Positions 13,482-26,231 are shown, counted from the first letter of the stretch. The stretch is 64,000 nt of DNA from Eledone cirrhosa (GCA_964016885.1 OZ024743.1:13516001-13580000), one strand, 5' to 3'. Notes: generated by a model not told the origin, from the sequence alone. A program made the numbers and translations.

Positions 13482-16041
13482 TTGGTTGAGCTTTATCCTA
13501 TACTGGTGTTTTGGCCTTTATATACATCTGACAGTATGCTAACAAAGAGTTACTTGCCTTTATCTCTGAAGAATATTCCCATACCCTCTAGAAATACTTA
13601 TGAAAAACTCTTGATTGCTAGCATTAACTCTTTCGTAAAACGGATTAGATGGCGTGCATTCCATTTTGATAGTAATAGGAATAGGATTAACCCCCAGGAT
13701 AAAACTTCATTTGATAACTTCGGCTTCAAAACTTATAAAAGTCCACCGCATAATGTTCTACTAGATAGTTTTGAGAACGATTTACTTTCCCTTGTCAGAA
13801 ATATTAAATATAAGCGGCGTAACAAATATGGGAACTACAATAAATTTAGCAGGTTCCAGTCTAAACTTAAGAATAGTGTTAAGGATTTTAAAGGGAATGA
13901 GTCTATACTTGACCCGGCTGACAAGACTAAGAATTTTTACTCTATGGATTATAATGCCTACCGTAATTTTATGTATAAGGAGCTACATAAACATTACAAA
14001 AAACAACGCAGGATAATTTGGATCAAATTAATAATGATAGTTTCAAATCTGGGTCTGGATAAATATACCCAACCATATTACCCTAGAGAACCTAGATTCA
14101 CACTTAAGCATCATAAGGTAGACTTTTTAAGTAATCCTACTGTTAGACTGATCAGTCCTTCTAAGTCTGATATAGCTATAATTAGTAAAAAAATTCTTGA
14201 CCAGATTATTCCTACCGTTAGGGACAAGATTCGTTTTAATCTATGGGGGAATACTATGAATGTTATTAATTGGTTCTCTAGTATTAATAAGCTTAAGTCT
14301 AGTAGGTTTATCCAGTTTGATATCGACGCCTATTACACGTCGATTTCACCTATCCTCCTCAATAAAGCCTTAATTATGGTCATGCGAATGTCTAGTCTTA
14401 CGCGACCCCAGATTGATGTTATACTAGCGGCCCGTAAGACTATCATCAAATTCGAGGATACACTTTGGACGCGTAAGAATACACCCAATAACTTTGATGT
14501 TACCATGGGTTCGAGTGATTCTGCGCAGGTGACTGATCTTGTTGGGCTGTACCTCTTAAACGAGCTTTATGTTAGCTTTCCGCACCTTAAAGGTGGACTT
14601 TATCGTGATGATGCATTATTTGTGATAAACTCTAGTACTAATAACATTGAACATAATAGGAAGAAGTTATATAAGTTTTTTAAAAATTTTAACCTTTCGA
14701 TCACGATAGAGCAGTTAATTTTTTTGATGTGAAATTAGACTTAGTTACTAATAATTATAAACCCTTCCACAAGCCCAATGAGTACTCTCTTACGTCAATC
14801 CTAATTCCAACCACCCTAAATCTATGATTAGTTCTATTATTAACGGTGTATCCAATAGGATCTCCACACTCTCTAAAGATATAGGAATTTTTAATTCGCA
14901 TGCTGAGTATTATAATAATGCCCTAGCTAACTCTGGTTACTCTGGTAGGCTATATTATAAAGATGACAACCTAGAAACGATTCCGATTACCCATAGTAAC
15001 GTGATATCCCACAATATGGCCTTTAATGGGGGTAGAAAACATAGGAATTATAGAAATTTTATAGATAAATCCAAACCGCACCCTACGAATAACAACCGCA
15101 ATAGTAATTATAATAGTGTGTCTAATGGACAGGATAGACGCTCTGAACGTACACCCAGTGGTAATGTTATAGCGGTTTCTACTAGTGTTAATTCAATTAG
15201 TCCTGACATAAACCCTGATCCTATAGATAAAATACCTGATAGAAATATTAAAGGTAAGAATAGGAGAAGGCTTAATACCTACTTTAACCCACCTTATAAT
15301 TATGATGTACTAATTAGTATCCCTAGGTCTTTCTTTTCTATTTTGGAGAAAAATTTCCCTCCTGCTAATAAATATCATAGTATCTTCAATAAGAATGTCA
15401 TTAAACTCTCCTTTTCTACTACCCCTAACATTAGTTCACATCTTGCTAGCACTAATAATAAGAAATTTAGGGACAGCTACTGCTCTTTACTTACTACTAA
15501 TTTAGATAGTTCTATTAATAACGTACCACCCGAGAAAGACTTGTTGTCAAATAACCCTAGGAATAATACTTCGCGAAATGAGTTAATCACTAATACCCGT
15601 AAGTGTAGTTGTAGAAGAAGTAATAGCTGCCCTTTAAATGGTTACTGCCTCTCTAGGAATATTGTCTATGCATGTGATGTTAGGACTAATTCATCTTGTA
15701 AAACATATATAGGCCCCACATCTAATACATTTAAAACGAGGTTTAATTCGCATGTCTCTAACTTTAAACATATCAAATTTAAAAACTCAACTTCTTTGGC
15801 GCATCATATTTGGGATTTAAAAGTGACTGGTATACCGTACAGTCTGTATTGGCGTATTGTAGCCCATTCTAACCACTATTCCACCCACGTTAAATTCTGT
15901 AATCTTTGCATTCTAAAGACCCATTGTATAATTTTCTCTAAGAACGTATTGCTTAATAGAAAATCGGAAATCTTTTCTTCCTGTCCACATGCTATCTCTA
16001 ATTCCTTCTTCTATTATAAACCTAAAAGCTCAGGTAGCTGA
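13482..16041 (+). pseudogene. PLE polyprotein (reverse transcriptase + GIY-YIG endonuclease), Naiad-type, disrupted by two frameshifts near 14710 and 14790
   Basis: N-terminal SLKNIPIP..Y..LI...F.KRIRWRA and ADKT. RT motifs FDIDAYY, MGS, LYRDD. An intervening frame gives VNFFDVKLDL..YKPFHKPN then YVNPNSNHP. CSC..CPLNGYC, IVY..YIG..FKTRF..H, HIW.LK, CNLC, LLNRKSE...CPH. True start is probably the ATG at 13536. Confidence 0.9.
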
Positions 16042-17939
16042 TTTTTTGGAATCACACTTTGCTACTCTGGTTTGGACGTCTTGTCTAGATATCTTTTATA
16101 TTTTATATTTTTTATTTTTATTCTTATTTTTATTTTTATTTTTATTTTTATTTTTATTTTTATTTTTATATTTTTTATATTCCTTAAGCTTCATGATACA
16201 CCAATTACTCTTTTCTGTGAGTTATGGTGTCTATATAGGATGGGGTCTTCTATAGCTGGACGTAAATTTTTCATCACCATTGGCGAATTGATGCACACAA
16301 TCTCTTAAGCCGGTTGATGTGTGTAAGTTTAGCACATGAGTGATTCTGTGGGTATAGGGTTTTGTATCTGTGGGTATGTTTGGTAGATATATATTTTTTG
16401 TGACTATGTATATGTGTGTTGACTTTTAGTTATATGTATAGCACAATTGTTTGTGGCGTATCCGTATCCATTAGCTGTTTGGATTCCTTATCACTTTGGT
16501 TTTTTTAGTTCACTATTATTATTATTAGTTTTCTACGGTTTATTGATTTTAGTTTTCTAGTTTTTTTAGCTGTTTTAGCCTATTTAACACCTTGTCCATT
16601 ATTATATTTTTACTCATCCTTTGTCGACTTATGTATTTCTATTTTTATATTCATCCTTGGTTGGAGTGTATCTCATTGCCTCCTAGAATAGCTAATAGTT
16701 TGATTTTAGTCTTCTACATCTACGGCTAATGAACCTCATTCTTTCTACACTTAATCTTCGCCTTATTGAATATATATATATTATACTTTTATGTTCCTTC
16801 TTGTCCTCCATAGTTTTACTTCTTTCTGTTCCTTTTTGTCTACCATAGTTTTAATTGGAATTTTTACTTTGGATAACGTCAGTCGTCATAACGGAAATTA
16901 ATATATCTTCGATGAATGTATTAGTTCATTTATTGAAATATCTTAATCTCTATCGGCATTGGTGACTTAAATTTTGTTCCATATGGAGTGCCCCAGAATG
17001 TTTATTCATCTATTATAAGATTAATTAAATTAATAAGGGTTTCAATTCAATTTTTTGATTTTGAATAGTTGTATCTTTTATTTTCACCTAACAGTTTGTT
17101 GCGCCTACGCGATTTTGTGTTTGTGTTTGTTTTTATTTTCGTTTTGTTTTGCTATCATATGCTTTGTTGCTTCTGTCTGTCTTTTCTATCTTCTGTCACT
17201 TGTGTCGATGAATATATTGTATAAATATGTTTTATAACTTTCTCCCTTGCTATTATGTGTCTGGTATTGAAATATTAATATGTAATATTATATGTATTTG
17301 AATTGCCTATATATCCGTATATTTATTGTCTATTATATATATATATATTTTTTTTTTCACCATACTTTATTTTATTTTATGGTATTATTTTTTACCCTGT
17401 GGAATACCTTATGTTTTTATACACGTTTTGTTGACTTTGCATGGTACGTTGGTTGTATTTATATAATTTTTTAATGTCAATATATTATTTTCATTGATTT
17501 TAGTATTGTTTAATCACACCGTCAGGGTGATTATTCTATTATAATGCTTATATTTATATATTTATGTTAATATGTGTATGTGTAAATGTGTATATGTGTG
17601 TGTATATATATGTGTCGGAGTGCGTGTAGATATATATATATATTAAATTTTATTTCCGTACTATGTATTGTATTGTATTATATATTATATTATAATTTTT
17701 ATATCTTATTTCTCGCATCATATTACTATGTTGTATTTCAAGTATTAGACTTATATTGTACTTTTAACGTGGGTTTGTTTAATGTTTGCTTGCTCTCTTG
17801 CCCTATAGTTTTTATTTACAAATGCACCCTATTAGGTTTAATATGTCTTTCCATGATAATTTTCCTAAATTTTCCTAAATATCCATTCGCTATTCTTCTG
17901 AATTTTGGCTTGTTCTAGCCATATTTCTTGTCTTTTTCC

Positions 17940-17984
17940 TTGCTCTGATGAGTCCTAATTAATGGGACGAAACATTGTCAGCAA
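17940..17984 (+). ncRNA. Type-I hammerhead ribozyme in the 3' pLTR (family B)
   Basis: Same motif as 13275-13319, with an intact GTCC/GGAC stem II. Confidence 0.85.
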
Positions 17985-18145
17985 ATAAAGATTTTTAATG
18001 TATTAAAGGCTTCTTTGTTAATATATATAATTTTTCGGCTCTGTTTGATAACATTGAGCTATATCTTATACTGTCATTTCTCTAATACGACGAGTCTATT
18101 TAACTCTAATGCACTCAAGTATTTTTATCTCATATATATATATAT

Positions 18146-18239
18146 AAGCAACAGGGATATTTTTATCTGATGAGGGCGTGCCAAAGTGCTGGTACCCTTG
18201 AAATATATATAAATATAATTTCCATTTATTTAATATCAT

Positions 18240-18242
<3 letters not shown>
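18146..18242 (+). mobile_element. Solo ~95-bp PLE-type 3' end with HHR (family C, 18161-18213) between two (TA)n tracts
   Basis: TTTTAT-CTGATGA-GGGCGTGCCA..TGGTACCCTT-GAAA-TATATA. Same family as 23070-23126. Confidence 0.7.
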
Positions 18243-18318
<76 letters not shown>

Positions 18319-18759
18319 AAAATGTTAAACACCGTCGGCAGAGCTCAAACCCTTTCGACTGCCATACATTGCGTTAAGCTCCTCGTGGTATTATGATTTC
18401 GACTGCCAGAACGTTCTTCTTGATGGATAAAGACCTTTGCCTTTAGTTTGTCTATTCATTTAAAGAAAAGATTAAAAGTTCCCATTTAAAAAAAGTGTTT
18501 TCGTTTTGCCTTTTTCCGTTCGTGTTCCATTCTTTATTTATTTTCCAAATTTTCTTATTTCCTTATGACGTACATGTTCTTTCTTCTCCAACCAATAATT
18601 TCAATGGGATGCATATTTAACACCATCATTTACTTTCTTCTTTAGTCTGCTTCTCAAGACATTACTCTTCGATTTGACGAGCTGTGGAAAAGTCATGTCC
18701 ACCTCCACTTCCTTCACGATGTAGACACTGGGATTCAGGTGTAATGCGTGGGCATATGT

Positions 18760-19290
18760 ACTACATTAGCCTATTCGAAAGAATCTTAGTGAATGACTAG
18801 CAATAGTGGTAAATGATTTGCAATAGTGGTCTGATAACGAAATGCTGCTGAATTAGTCACATATTTTTTGCATTAATCTTTGTACAGTGAGACCATAGTT
18901 GCATTCTTGCAATCCCGTGGCACCATTTCAAATCGTAAGAAATATGTCATATAGCAGCTTCTTGGTTCAATCTCTACAACACAGCAGCACTTCCACTGGT
19001 ATGCCATCTCATCTGGGGCTTTATCTTTATTTAACTGACTGGATCGACTCCCCCATAGACTGAATATTATTTAATCCTTCGGTCATGTCAAATTGGGGTA
19101 AATGTCAGTTATAGTCGCAGCCACAAGAGATAGTTTGTGGAACAGTTCCCTGTTGTGTTTCTCTCAACGCTTCACAATTCCAGCAGAATCCTTGATATGA
19201 ATGTTACCATTTTAGAGTTCAGAGTTGCCAAATGGACACATGAATCCCCCAAATTTCTTCAAGCAAGCTGTATATAAGCTTTGCGTCCTT
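18760..19290 (-). pseudogene. Ancient RTE-like LINE RT fragment
   Basis: Minus-strand remnants IKDSAGIVKR, KAP..DGIPVE, VP.DCKNATMVSLYK and FTKILSNRL follow the RTE RT N-terminal order. Confidence 0.5.
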
Positions 19291-19817
19291 TCTATATGTT
19301 GCGTCCTGAATCTCTAATGACCAATCATCCTTCATTTTACTTATTCACTTACCCCATATTCACGGCTTTATAATCGTTCAATTCATACAAATGACCTTCC
19401 CCGGGAATTACGGTTTCGGTGAGTGTAATCCATCTTGTATCATACCAGTTTGGAAACCACAGTTACTGTCTTTCTCTCTGTACTATTCTCAGAGTCTTAG
19501 AATTTACGGTTATTCCAAAAATTCACTTTCAGACATTTATTGTGTTTCTTCTCTAATTCGCACCTCTCATATATTGACAGTAGCACTAAGGGAGCGTTAA
19601 AGCATAATAGGCGTGTATATAAAAGCATATACTCTATATTCGCGTAAACGGGAATAAATATATGATAATCTCACTATCAAAGAAAAACTATTTTCTGGAA
19701 AGAAAAAAACCTTTCTCTCTCGCTCCCCCTCTCTCAATATATATATATATACTTTAAAACTGATAGCGAATGGGCTTCTAAATGTTTTTAATTAAATATA
19801 CGGCATATACGGTATAT

Positions 19818-20402
19818 ATCGAAACAAATATTGTTATACTTAGGGAGGGTCATATTGTTGTAATAATATTGCCAGAGATAATAACAGGAAAAACGAATGG
19901 AATAACAACAATCATACCCAAACAAACAATACTGACTTAAGGGAAATATAAATAAATAAATAAATAAATATATGCACACGTACAATAACAACAAACACAT
20001 ATAAACACAGACTAGTAAACAAAGATAGATCCCCAACACTAAAACACATACACTCAAACGCGAACACACACACCAAACATTGTACACACATGAAAACGCA
20101 TGCGCAATGAAGGCGACAAAAATAAAATAAAAATGGCGTAAACATTACAATGCAATACAATAGGAGGGAATATGATAATAGTACCACTGATGATCTTGCA
20201 GATGTGCAACAAAAGAACTTTGTTAGACTATATATATATTTATATCTGTATTTTTAACGGTTGGTCAGTCTATGATAAACATTGATTGGTAAATAAATAT
20301 GGAGATATAAAAGATACTGAAGCGAAAACCAATCAAACCGTGAGTGTGTTCTGTTATTATTTCTGGCAATATTATTGCAACAATATGACCCTCCCAAAGT
20401 AT

Positions 20403-20410
<8 letters not shown>
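19818..20410. repeat. TA-associated dispersed repeat, with an inverted partial copy (20345-20410) and another copy at about 31720-31810
   Basis: Shared GAAACAAATATTGTTATACTT.GGGAGGGTCATATTGTT...TATTGCCAGA.ATAATAACAG. Confidence 0.7.
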
Positions 20411-20465
<55 letters not shown>

Positions 20466-20487
20466 TACACATACATACATACATATA

Positions 20488-20530
<43 letters not shown>

Positions 20531-21009
20531 CATGAGAAGAAAGAAGAATACTGCGTGGTTGCACATAGGTTACATATGATAAAAATAGTCCTTCGTCAGT
20601 GATTTTCCAACCATCATTGGTATTTCATCGCATTAAAAATCAGATACCTCAGGTTGGTGCGAGCAATAACTAAAAAAAGTTATTGGGACCAGCAAATCGC
20701 GTAAAGCGAGGGGGACAAGTGAACAACATAGAAGGATAAAAGATATATCAAAGGTATATATTGAGTTAGAAATTCAAAATAGTCTCTTACAATAAAATAG
20801 CACCAGGAAAGAAATTTTTCCGAGGCGTATATTATAATTGAATATAAAAGAAAGATAAACACAGATATATACATATATTTGTTCAAATCGTAAGGGACCA
20901 GATTCGCTAAGGTGAAAAGAATACTAATTATGGACAATAGGGTTTGCCAGACTCAATTTAAGAATAAATCAAGAAAATAAATATAAATCGGAATTGTGGT
21001 AACTACCAA

Positions 21010-21090
21010 TCACCCAGACAGCTTTTGGCTATGCTGTTTCGCAAAATTAATTGTGAAGAGGAATACCTATACTTGCTCGTCAGTGGGTGA
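21010..21090 (-). ncRNA. Type-I hammerhead ribozyme with full stem III (family D)
   Basis: Reverse complement of the motif at 21663-21743. Confidence 0.88.
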
Positions 21091-21662
21091 AGAATTAGTA
21101 TCCTGGTCACTTCTAAGTATATAAAAAAAATGAATAGTGTGCGTATATATAATAACGCACATGGTATCGGAACTAAGCGTGTCTCACAAACTCACACCAC
21201 TAAAAATAGCAGCCAGGTTTACTCGACATTTGAATTAGCTCAACAAATGAACGGAGCCTAATATATCAAAGGTATATATTGAGTTAGAAACTCAAAATAG
21301 TCTCTTACAATAAAATAGCTTTAGGAAAGAGATTTTTCCCAGCCGTATATTATAATTGAATATAAAAGAAAGATACACACAAATCGTAAGGGACCAGATT
21401 CGCTAAGGTGAAAAGAATACTAACTATGGGAAATAGGGTTTGCTAGACTCAATTTAAGAATAAATCAAGAAAATAAATACATACCTTTGAAATATTCGGC
21501 TCCGTTAATTTGTTGAGCTAATTCAAATGTCGAGTAAACCTGGCTGCTATTTTTAGTGGTGTGAGTGTGTGAGACACACTAAGTTCCGATACCATTTGCG
21601 TTATATATACGCACACTATCCAGTTTTTTAATATACTTAGAAGTGACCGGGATACTAATTAT

Positions 21663-21743
21663 TCACCCACTGACGAGCAAGAATAGGCATTCTTCTTCAC
21701 AATTAATTTTGCGAAACAGCATAGCCAAACGCTGTCTGGGTGA
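21663..21743 (+). ncRNA. Type-I hammerhead ribozyme with full stem III (family D)
   Basis: TCACCCA-CTGACGA-GCAAGAAT...ATTTTGC-GAAACAGC(ATAGCCAAAC)GCTGTC-TGGGTGA. Stem I 7 bp, stem III 5 bp, GUC site. Confidence 0.9.
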
Positions 21744-22157
21744 TTGGTAGTTACCACAATTCCGGTTTGTATTTATTTTCTTGATTTATTCTTAAATTGA
21801 GTCTGGCAAACCCCATTGTCCATAGTTAGTATTCTTTTCACCTTAGCGAATCTGGTCCCTTACGATTTGGTTTATCTTTCTTTTATATTCAATTATAATA
21901 TACGGCTCAGAACCATCTCTTTCCTAGAACTATTTTATTGTAAGAGAATATTTTGAATTTCTAACACAATATATACGTTTGATATATTCGGCTCCATTCA
22001 TTTGCTGAGCTAATTCAAATGTCGAGTAAACCTGGCTGCTATTTTTAGTGGTGTGAGTTTGTGAGACACGCTAAGTTCCGATACCATGTGCGTTATTATA
22101 TATACGCACACTATTCAGTTTTTTAATATACTTAGAAGTGACCAGGATACTAATTCT

Positions 22158-22230
22158 TCACCCACTGATGAGCAAGAATAGGTATTCCTCTTCACAATAA
22201 TTTTGCGAAACAGCATAGCCAAACGCTGTC
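22158..22230 (+). ncRNA. Family D hammerhead truncated immediately after the GUC site
   Basis: TCACCCA-CTGATGA...GAAACAGC..GCTGTC, then a jump to TTAACGAATCTGG. The 3' strand of stem I is missing. Confidence 0.75.
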
Positions 22231-22777
22231 TTAACGAATCTGGTCCCTTACGATTTGAGCACATATATATATATATATACATATATACGTATATATATAT
22301 ATCATATATATATATACACATATACACACATTAGAAGAATTATAAGCTACCAGTTATACATCGCTGCAAACATATTTTTATAACTTCGACTTTCAAATTT
22401 TTTAATTATCTCTTATATATCATGTTGACTTTTTATATTTTGAAATCAAAATTAATGGAAATTTCAAAATTAGATTTAGAGATTCTAATTTTAAAATCAA
22501 TAGATATTGTTTTAAAAATACATTATTTATTTCTCGCAAAAATCAATAATCTACTGAAATAGGTTGTTTTTAAATAAAAGATAACATTTCAATGGAGTTC
22601 ATTGGGATATAATAGGACATGAACGTAATTGAACTATTTTTAAACGTAATTGAGGCTCACAGGATTTGTCACAAAAGATGGAAATACAACTAAACAGTTG
22701 ATCACAAACACAGAAACTGCGCGCGCACACACACACGCATATACATCATATATATATACATATATATATATATATGC

Positions 22778-23169
22778 AAAGCGATATTTAATTTGTTGGT
22801 TATTCAACAAATTTATTTATAACAGTTTCAAAGCACTCTACAGTTTCTTCTGGAGCATGATATCAATGATATTAATAAATGGAAACTACCTATATAAAAC
22901 CATATTTATTTTATTATATACATTTCAAGGGTACCAACATGTTGGTACGCCCGCATCAAATAAGATACACAAGTTGTTTTATAAATATTGACATATCCAA
23001 AGAACAAGAACTTATCGTTTGAAGTTCTTGTTCTTTGGATATGACAATATTTATAAAACAACTTTTGTATTTTATCTGATGAGGGCGTACCAAAATGTTG
23101 GTACCCTTGAAATATTTATAATAAAATAAATATGGTTTTATAAAGATAGTTTCCATTTATTAATATCAT

Positions 23170-23175
<6 letters not shown>
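22778..23175. mobile_element. Fold-back PLE-type element (arms about 22858-23012 / 23022-23175) with family C HHRs: intact at 23070-23126 (+), mutated at about 22908-22966 (-)
   Basis: Near-perfect palindrome centred on GAACTT-ATCGTTTG-AAGTTC. Motif TTTTAT-CTGATGA-GGGCGTACCAA..TTGGTACCCTT-GAAA-TATTTA-TA-ATAAAA. Confidence 0.85.
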
Positions 23176-23249
<74 letters not shown>

Positions 23250-23409
23250 CTGAACAAAAACAAAACGAACACAGAAATATACATATATGTGTTCAAATCT
23301 GGTTCCTTACGATTTGAATACATATATGTATATGTAATCCAGTTAGAGGTTGTGAGTACTCTGTGTCGTTGATAATTTCTATATATACATATATATATAT
23401 ATATATATC

Positions 23410-24650
23410 CCTACCGGATAAGGGCCTACTACAAAATAGTTGCCTGGATTCAAGTATGGTGTACCTCAGTACTATAAATTCAGGCAACTTTATATGGTGC
23501 TACATAGGTTCCACGTTTGGGGAGTTAAAAGAAAAATGGTACGTTCACAGACACTCCATGAAGAACCGTAGACTGGAGAACTCTACAACGCTGGCCAATA
23601 ACGCTGGCCAATGAAATCTGGCAGCTTAAAAACACAAACCAAGAATATAGGATTAGCTGGTCAAAATTATCGGGAGCAAGGGCTTACCACAATGGAATGT
23701 CCCACTGCAGACTTTGCAATATGGAGCTATTCCATATTTTAAGGTACGATAAGATGCTGCTTAACAGCAAAATAGAAAGATCAATTTTCTGTAGGCACAA
23801 AATAGCTACCAAGTTCACAAATTTCAAACCACCGTGATTCGACCCAGCAATCCCAAAATTAGAACTGAACGATTTGGATTTTAACGTACGGAATACAACC
23901 ATCACGCTGTTATTAGCTGTCAACTAACTGACTGGTCACTAGATCATAAATCTCTTAACATCTGTTTCACCCTCTCTCCATGAAACCACATCAACCCCAT
24001 TAAGGCAAGACAATCAGCAAAACATTTACCACACACACATATCAAAAACCTTCCTTCACCATCCATCCATCCTTAGCCCTTGGGTCTCATACTCGTATCT
24101 TCCACTTAATTTCTAATTTATTGCTTTTTCTTTTATTTGTCAATTGTTACTACCTCAGATTCTCTACATGTATCTATGTATGTTACGAATATGGCTTTTC
24201 ATGTTAGCACTACATCCATCCCAGCATTCTTATACAGACACTTACTCACCACCACCACTATTATCAACTATCGTATTCTGTACTTATATGATTTCAGTTA
24301 TCTTTATTTCTTTATATATTTTTATTTTTTTATTTTCTTACTTTTTTATTGTAGCTTTTTTCTTACTTTTTACTTTTTACATCTGTAACTTCTTTACCTA
24401 TTATTATTATATTTTATTACTGCTGTTATTGTTTTGATTCTACGCTATTTCTCCATATATACTATGCCATGTATGAATTCTTTGTATTCTGAGGATTTGA
24501 TCAGAGGTAAATAATGTATTGGAGATCGAGTGACACAACTTCGAGCGATTAGCGGCCTCTAGATTCACCTGATTAATGAAACAATTGTTAATATTTGAAA
24601 TAAAGCCCCTTGTTGTACAACCGATCATGTTATTGCTCAATCTTTCATTA
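23410..24650 (+). mobile_element. 5'-truncated Naiad-type PLE (GIY-YIG fragment 23414-23838, 3' UTR, HHR)
   Basis: CL..SMVY...YIGST..LKEKWY.H. After removing a 13-nt duplication (AACGCTGGCCAAT x2) the frame continues NSTTLANEIWQLK..WS....AY....CRLCNME..IL....LLNSK.E...CRH. Flanked by (TA)n. Confidence 0.8.
24484..24594 (+). ncRNA. Type-I hammerhead ribozyme with extended stem II (family E)
   Basis: GTATT-CTGAGGA-T-TTGATCAG...~60-nt insert...CTGATTAA-T-GAAAC-AATT-GTT-AATAT. A related copy with a mutated core is at about 31390-31489 (-). Confidence 0.65.
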
Positions 24651-24667
24651 TATATATATATATATAT

Positions 24668-26210
24668 AAAATAAATAATTCAAATGTTTAAAATTTGGCT
24701 TCGTTTATTACTGCATATATATTTCGGTGACAGCTATCTTTGGCTGTGACCTCTTCAGGCAGTCCGAATTAGTGTGGTAGAGGCGAGTACACATGTTGTT
24801 GAGGTGTATAACTTTGTCAATACTCTGATATTTCCAGTTCCTGGTTGGGTTGTTATTTCACTGAGGAACTGGAATCATATGAATTCAAACAAACGAATTT
24901 CAGCGTCAAAGGGCCTCTTCTCCTCTCATTGCTCAGTTGTTAGAACATTCCTCAATCAAAAGTCTATATAAATTCGTTCTGAGGCAAGCCAATCTGTAGT
25001 TGTTGTTCTTGTTATTGTTAGGTACATCTGACCTCTATTCTTGTGTTGGTAGTGGTGTTATTGTTGGAGTCAGCTAAAAAAAAAGTGATAAAGTGGTAGA
25101 AGGAATAAGATGGTAAAGGAACAAAATAAAATAAAATAATCGAATAAAATGTGTGTGTGTGTTATACCCATCTCAATGTTATAACATTTGTAAGGTCAAA
25201 CTTCCCATTGGTCAGTTTTGAGAGCATTCCTCAGTCCAAAGTCTATAGAAATTCTTTCTGGGGTGAGGCTCCCTGTAGTGTTTGTGTTTGCTATTGTTAA
25301 GTACATCAGACTTCTACCCTTATTTTGGTAGTGTTGTTGGTGTTGTGGTCAGCTTATATCTTGCTGCTGCTAACAATTTAGAAGTATCTGTGTGTGTGTT
25401 TCTTCATCCCTCCTGCCACCATCTCCCGTAGTGGTGGTGGTGGGATTCTGCCATGTATATAAAGAAATAGAAGGCAATAAAAGGAAGTAAGCAGAAAATA
25501 AATAATAGATAGAGAATAAATGAAAAATTAATGTAAAGGTAATGAAAAAGTAATGAAAAATTAATATGGAAAATGAAAAATGAAAATGAAAAGTTAAAAA
25601 TAAAATGAAGATTCGAATAAAATAAGATAAAATGTGTGTGCTATAACCAATCTCAAGGTCAGAAATATGTTGGATAGATTGGTAGGAGGAACAAGATGGT
25701 AAAAGAATAAAAGGAAATATGATAATAAAATAAAATGTGTGTGTGTTATAACCAATCTCAACTTAAATATAAATATAAGGTGATAAAGTGAAGAAAACAG
25801 AAAACAAATAACAAATGAATAATGAGAAATCAAAATTGAAAAATCAAAAAATCAGGTAAATTAAAATGTGTGTGTGTTATAAAGATGTTGGCCAAATTAT
25901 AAAGGCTGTGTCAGAATCAATCTCTGGGCTATCATGGTGTCTACTCAGCCTGGGTTGGTCCCTATGGCTTGAAGGGAGTTCCCAACCTATGGTGTTGTTA
26001 CTGCCCATATAGCTTGAGGGAGGTTTGGCTGAGTGGTGTCTACATGTTCTGCAGAAGACCCTATAGCTTGAGGAGAGTTCACATCTTATTGTGTTGCTAC
26101 TGTCCATATATCTTGAGGAAGGTCCCGGCCCTGAGGTGTCTGCATGTCTCGAAGAAGTCGGTTCTGAGGTTTATCAGGCCGCTTCCACCTCTTAGTATTT
26201 CGAGGGTCTC
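24668..26210 (-). mobile_element. 5'-truncated Naiad-type PLE (extreme ORF C-terminus about 26208-26095, long UTR, HHR)
   Basis: Minus strand EILRGGSGLINLRTDFFETCRHLRAGTFLKIYGQ* matches the LLN.RSE....CRH terminus. HHR near the 3' end, (TA)n flanks. Confidence 0.65.
24710..24763 (-). ncRNA. Type-I hammerhead ribozyme (family F)
   Basis: ACTGC-CTGAAGA-GGTCACAGC(CAAAGATA)GCTGTCACC-GAAA-TATATAT-GCAGT, with one extra nucleotide at the cleavage junction. Confidence 0.7.
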
Positions 26211-26231
26211 TCTATATATATATAGAGGGTC

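Larger units (their letters stand above)
12559..18130 (+). mobile_element. Near-complete Naiad-type Penelope-like element with inverted 5' pLTR copy (12559-13125), direct pLTRs (13126-13466 and 17795-18130), inserted in (TA)n
   Basis: RT plus C-terminal GIY-YIG ORF. 12559-13125 is the reverse complement of about 17474-18030. Direct repeats of about 340 bp each carry an HHR. This is the classic PLE partial-tandem/inverted architecture. Confidence 0.92.
20742..22260. mobile_element. Non-coding retrozyme-like element: ~495-518-bp monomers in tandem, about 1.4 units on - (20742-21480) joined to about 1.6 units on + (21481-22260)
   Basis: Period visible (TACCTTTGA at 21482, TACGTTTGA at 21974). 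One full HHR per monomer, no ORF. Confidence 0.8.

Noticed and set aside
13482-16200. Selenocysteine recoding, reported for some Naiads
   Set aside because: All conserved Cys positions use TGY codons. The break at 14732 is explained by frameshifts, and I saw no convincing SECIS.
20187-20225. HHR-like CTGATGA-TCTTGCA..TGCAA
   Set aside because: No proper GAAA, stem III or stem I. At best a decayed motif.
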